64,000 nt of DNA from the human T2T-CHM13v2.0 reference genome, Homo sapiens, in the NCBI RefSeq assembly GCF_009914755.1, contig NC_060929.1; one strand, written 5' to 3'. Every line of letters begins with the position of its first letter. The first letter of the stretch is position 1. Made by a program: the position numbers and the translations under genes. The notes under the pieces are model-generated. The model saw only the letters and a program-made list of their open reading frames with translations, was not told where the DNA came from and did no database searches. Below are positions 59,270 to 64,000 of the stretch, piece after piece.

Positions 59270-60474
59270 TCACAGCACAGCAAGGAGCACTGGATCTCAT
59301 TAACATGATAGGCACATTTTTTGGCTTCTACTTATTGCCTCAAACCTAGCCATGAGTAAATTGATTAATTTAGAAATTTATTACTTATTTCACATATTTA
59401 ATATCTCTAATGCAGGGTTGTTGTAGATCATAGTAATTAATTCAGCTTGGGAAATTGTCACTGAGTTATTTATTTAGAATAACAGCTTGTGATTTTATTA
59501 GCGGTGTATCTGATTTTGAAAATGCCTTAATTCAATCAATTGATTAATCATTTATCATTTAGTCAATAAATATTTATGGATTGCTTGTTATGCAGAAGGC
59601 TGAATTATATGTGCATGTATTAAAGTTATAGCTATAGAATTATTAAGTCTAGAATTCCTGAGTGTTTATAAAGGTGGAATTAGGTGCTGTGAAGTATTAC
59701 AGAGTTAAAAACGGCAATATTTTTAACCCAGAGAATATAGCGTATTTGTTTGCTAATTTGCTTTAGAATTATCTAAGAACAGGTTAGTTGATCTCACAAT
59801 ACTTCTCTGGTAGATAGGGTAGCATATTTTCCTTATTGCATATGTAGGCAGACTTGAGATTCCAGGAAGTTAGATGCCTTATCCTTAGTCACTTAGGGAG
59901 TGTAGTGTCGATATCGCAACGAGGACCTTAGGTTTCAGGGGTCGTTGTTTAGCAATATCTGATCTTGAGCCAGTTGGTATAAGAGGACACATACCTTTGG
60001 TTCCTGATCTCTCTGGGAGACGGGGGTCCTTTAATGTGCCCACCCAGAGCTCCCCTTCCACAGCACCCACCTCTTTCTGGATTCTACATCTTTGATGCCA
60101 AAAGGCCTCAGATTGCAAAAATTATTTGGTGCTTCAGGTCTTCTGTCTCAGCGAATGGGGTTCAGGCCTCCCTCTGGTCTAGGTGTTGGCAAGTACAGAA
60201 GGAAGGTGGAGGGGTAAGAAAGGGGGCAGAGGAAAAGGCCAAAAGAGAAACTACCATGTTCATTTCAGCTCTTTCTTCTTCCTGCAGCTCGCAGCTTACT
60301 AATTATTCTTCTCCTTCCCAATTACAGAAAAAAGAGAAAGGATCATCATAAAGAGATTCTAGAAATGTGACCTTGACCATTTAGCTTTTGGGAATGACAT
60401 GTCTAGCCTTAACTTTTGGACATTTTTAGCTAGCAATTTTCAACTTGGTTACAAAATGAGCAGAAGAAGTATTA

Positions 60475-60940
<466 letters not shown>

Positions 60941-61269
60941 ACTGAAGGGAGGTTGTCAAAATATGGATCTCCCCCGTCTCCCAGGATCTCATTCTAGCAA
61001 AAGTTCTCAGTCTTGGCTACATATTAAAATCACCTGGAGAACATTCACAAAATGCCCAGGTATACAGCCTACCTCTAAGAGGCATTCTGAGTTCATTGTT
61101 CTGGGATATAATCCTGCTGATATTGTATTAAAGCTCCAGGTACTTTTAAGGTGCAGCCAGGATCACTGCCCCGGCAATCCTGAATTACTGACAGGAGTGT
61201 GTCCTAATCCTGGTGTGCTGCCCCCAGGTGTGTTGGAGTGTGGAGAAAAAAACTCGAGAACCATTAATC

Positions 61270-61456
61270 CAGTGTTTCTCAAAGGGTGGTCTGCAGAACA
61301 GCAGCATCGGCATCACCTGGGAACTTACTAGAAATGCAAATTCTTGGGCCTAACTCCAGACCTACTAATTCAGAAACTCTCAGGGTGTGACCCAGCAATC
61401 TAGGGTTTCAGGAGCCCTCAGGTGATTCTGATGCATGTTGAATTTCAGAACCACTG
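61270..61456. mobile_element. MER5A hAT element (a second MER5-like element at ~61000-61170)
   Basis: CAGTGTTTCTCAAAG...TTCAGAACCACTG terminal inverted repeats. Confidence 0.82.
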
Positions 61457-62061
61457 TCCTAATCTAACCTGTAGTATTCTGAAATGATAATCTGAATATA
61501 ATTGAGTTAGATACCTTCTTTTCTGATAAAAAGAACATTATATCTATAAGCAGGTGTAGGGAGCTTTGTTTAGCTAAAGAAATTAAAGTGCTATGATAGG
61601 AATGTTAGACATTAACTAGAAAGGAATCTGGGAATAGGGGCAGAGGTTGTTCATGATTTTCTTTTTGAGGTACAGGATCCTTCCCAGAAAAATCACACCA
61701 TGTGGTCAGCCATCTTCTCTCCTTGAGCTAAAGCTCTTTTTGTGTTGACTATGAGTTTATATTTTAACCTACTCCAGGCAAACTCTTCCCCATAATCAAA
61801 TAAAGTTTTCAAAGACAGTGAAGATTAGCAAACAAAGCCTTGCATTAGACAGAAGGGCTGGGAAACACTAAAAGCAACCTTGAGCCAAGATGTCTCCCTG
61901 GTAATCCAGCAGGTCCACCACTAGGATAGTAAATAACTCTGATGACATCATGGCATGATGTCTGGTGACTCTCGGTCACCACAGTAGGGGCAGAAGAGTG
62001 AGGTTTTCTGATCCACTGATCCATTTGGTCCTTCAGTGACCCCTTTGGCGCTGATAGAATC

Positions 62062-63222
<1,161 letters not shown>

Positions 63223-63629
63223 AGAAACTGGGATCATGTTGAATTTGCCTGAAACAAATCCAAGGAGTTAGATTGCTTCAGAGGTCACCTGATAGAAATA
63301 GCTCATAAATTCCCTAGGAGTAAATCACTCTTACTAGGCCTGAAGACATGCTTCAAGTCAGAATGTGATAGTAATGATTCACTCTGGGATTTCATTTCAA
63401 GCCACAGGAACTAAAAATGCAAGTACAGTTCCCAATGCGAAACGCAACCTGTAATCTTAATCCATTTAACTTCCTCAAATTGCTGTATTACTCAAAACAG
63501 CTGATTTCTTCATTGAGCATAGATGAATTTCCTCTGTGGCAAATGTCACCATCTGACCCAAGGATATGTCTAGGCCCTCCTTACCACCTGTGAGCTCTCC
63601 TTCAAGGAAAGGCCGTTGAGCAAGCCCAA

Positions 63630-64000
63630 TTGGTCTAGTTAAGAGCCTGTGCTTTGGAATCACTTAAGAGCCTGTGCTTTGGAATCAGATTACCTGTGTT
63701 GGAATCTACCAATATGGCTTGGTAGGAGCGTATTTTTGGATGTATCTCTTAACCTTCCTAAACTACAATTCCCTCAACTGGAAAATGGAGAAACAATAAT
63801 ACTGACGTCATAGTATCAGCAGTTGCACAGGATCTAGTATAAAGGTGGTCAGGTATAAAAGTGGTCAATAAATATTAGTTCTTATTTAAGGAGGTAATAT
63901 TATAATGGTTAAGAGGAGGATTTTAAGGCCAAATTGTCTAGTTCGAATCCCAATTCTGCCACTTACTTTGTAAAAGTTACCTAATCACTTGGGGCCAAGG
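63630..64000 (+). mobile_element. Two MIR elements
   Basis: TTAAGAGC...TTTGGAATCAG...; TGGTTAAGAG...GTTCGAATCCC. Confidence 0.7.

Noticed and set aside
63938-63955. tRNA-like B box GTTCGAATCCC
   Set aside because: Part of a MIR head; no cloverleaf

Overview
Hominid (apparently human) genomic DNA, AT-rich and Alu-dense. Positions 1-31.4 kb hold the 5' half of IL6ST (gp130) on the minus strand: non-coding exon 1 in a CpG island (~31208-31410), non-coding exon 2 (19145-19232) and coding exons 3-6 (signal peptide, Ig-like D1, FNIII D2). The exons have GT-AG junctions and join in frame (64+306+121+167 nt). The TATA-less promoter carries Sp1 boxes, CCAAT boxes and a TTCCCGTAA STAT site and is probably bidirectional (IL6ST-DT/FLJ31104 lncRNA, recalled rather than verified). 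The 32-64 kb upstream region is non-coding: an LTR6-type solo LTR, a U13 snoRNA retrocopy, a MADE1, an ~840 bp AT-rich block, an SVA nested in a THE1 LTR, MaLR LTRs and many Alus. I see no novel protein-coding system; nearly all listed ORFs are Alu, L1, SVA or CpG-island artefacts. The best candidate for an undescribed mechanism is exon 2: a sense-exonised MIR that supplies the only two upstream AUGs of the gp130 5'UTR (overlapping AUGA stop-start uORFs) and is flanked by inverted Alus, so it could act as a splicing-controlled translational switch. Repeat boundaries and subfamily names were called by eye and are approximate.
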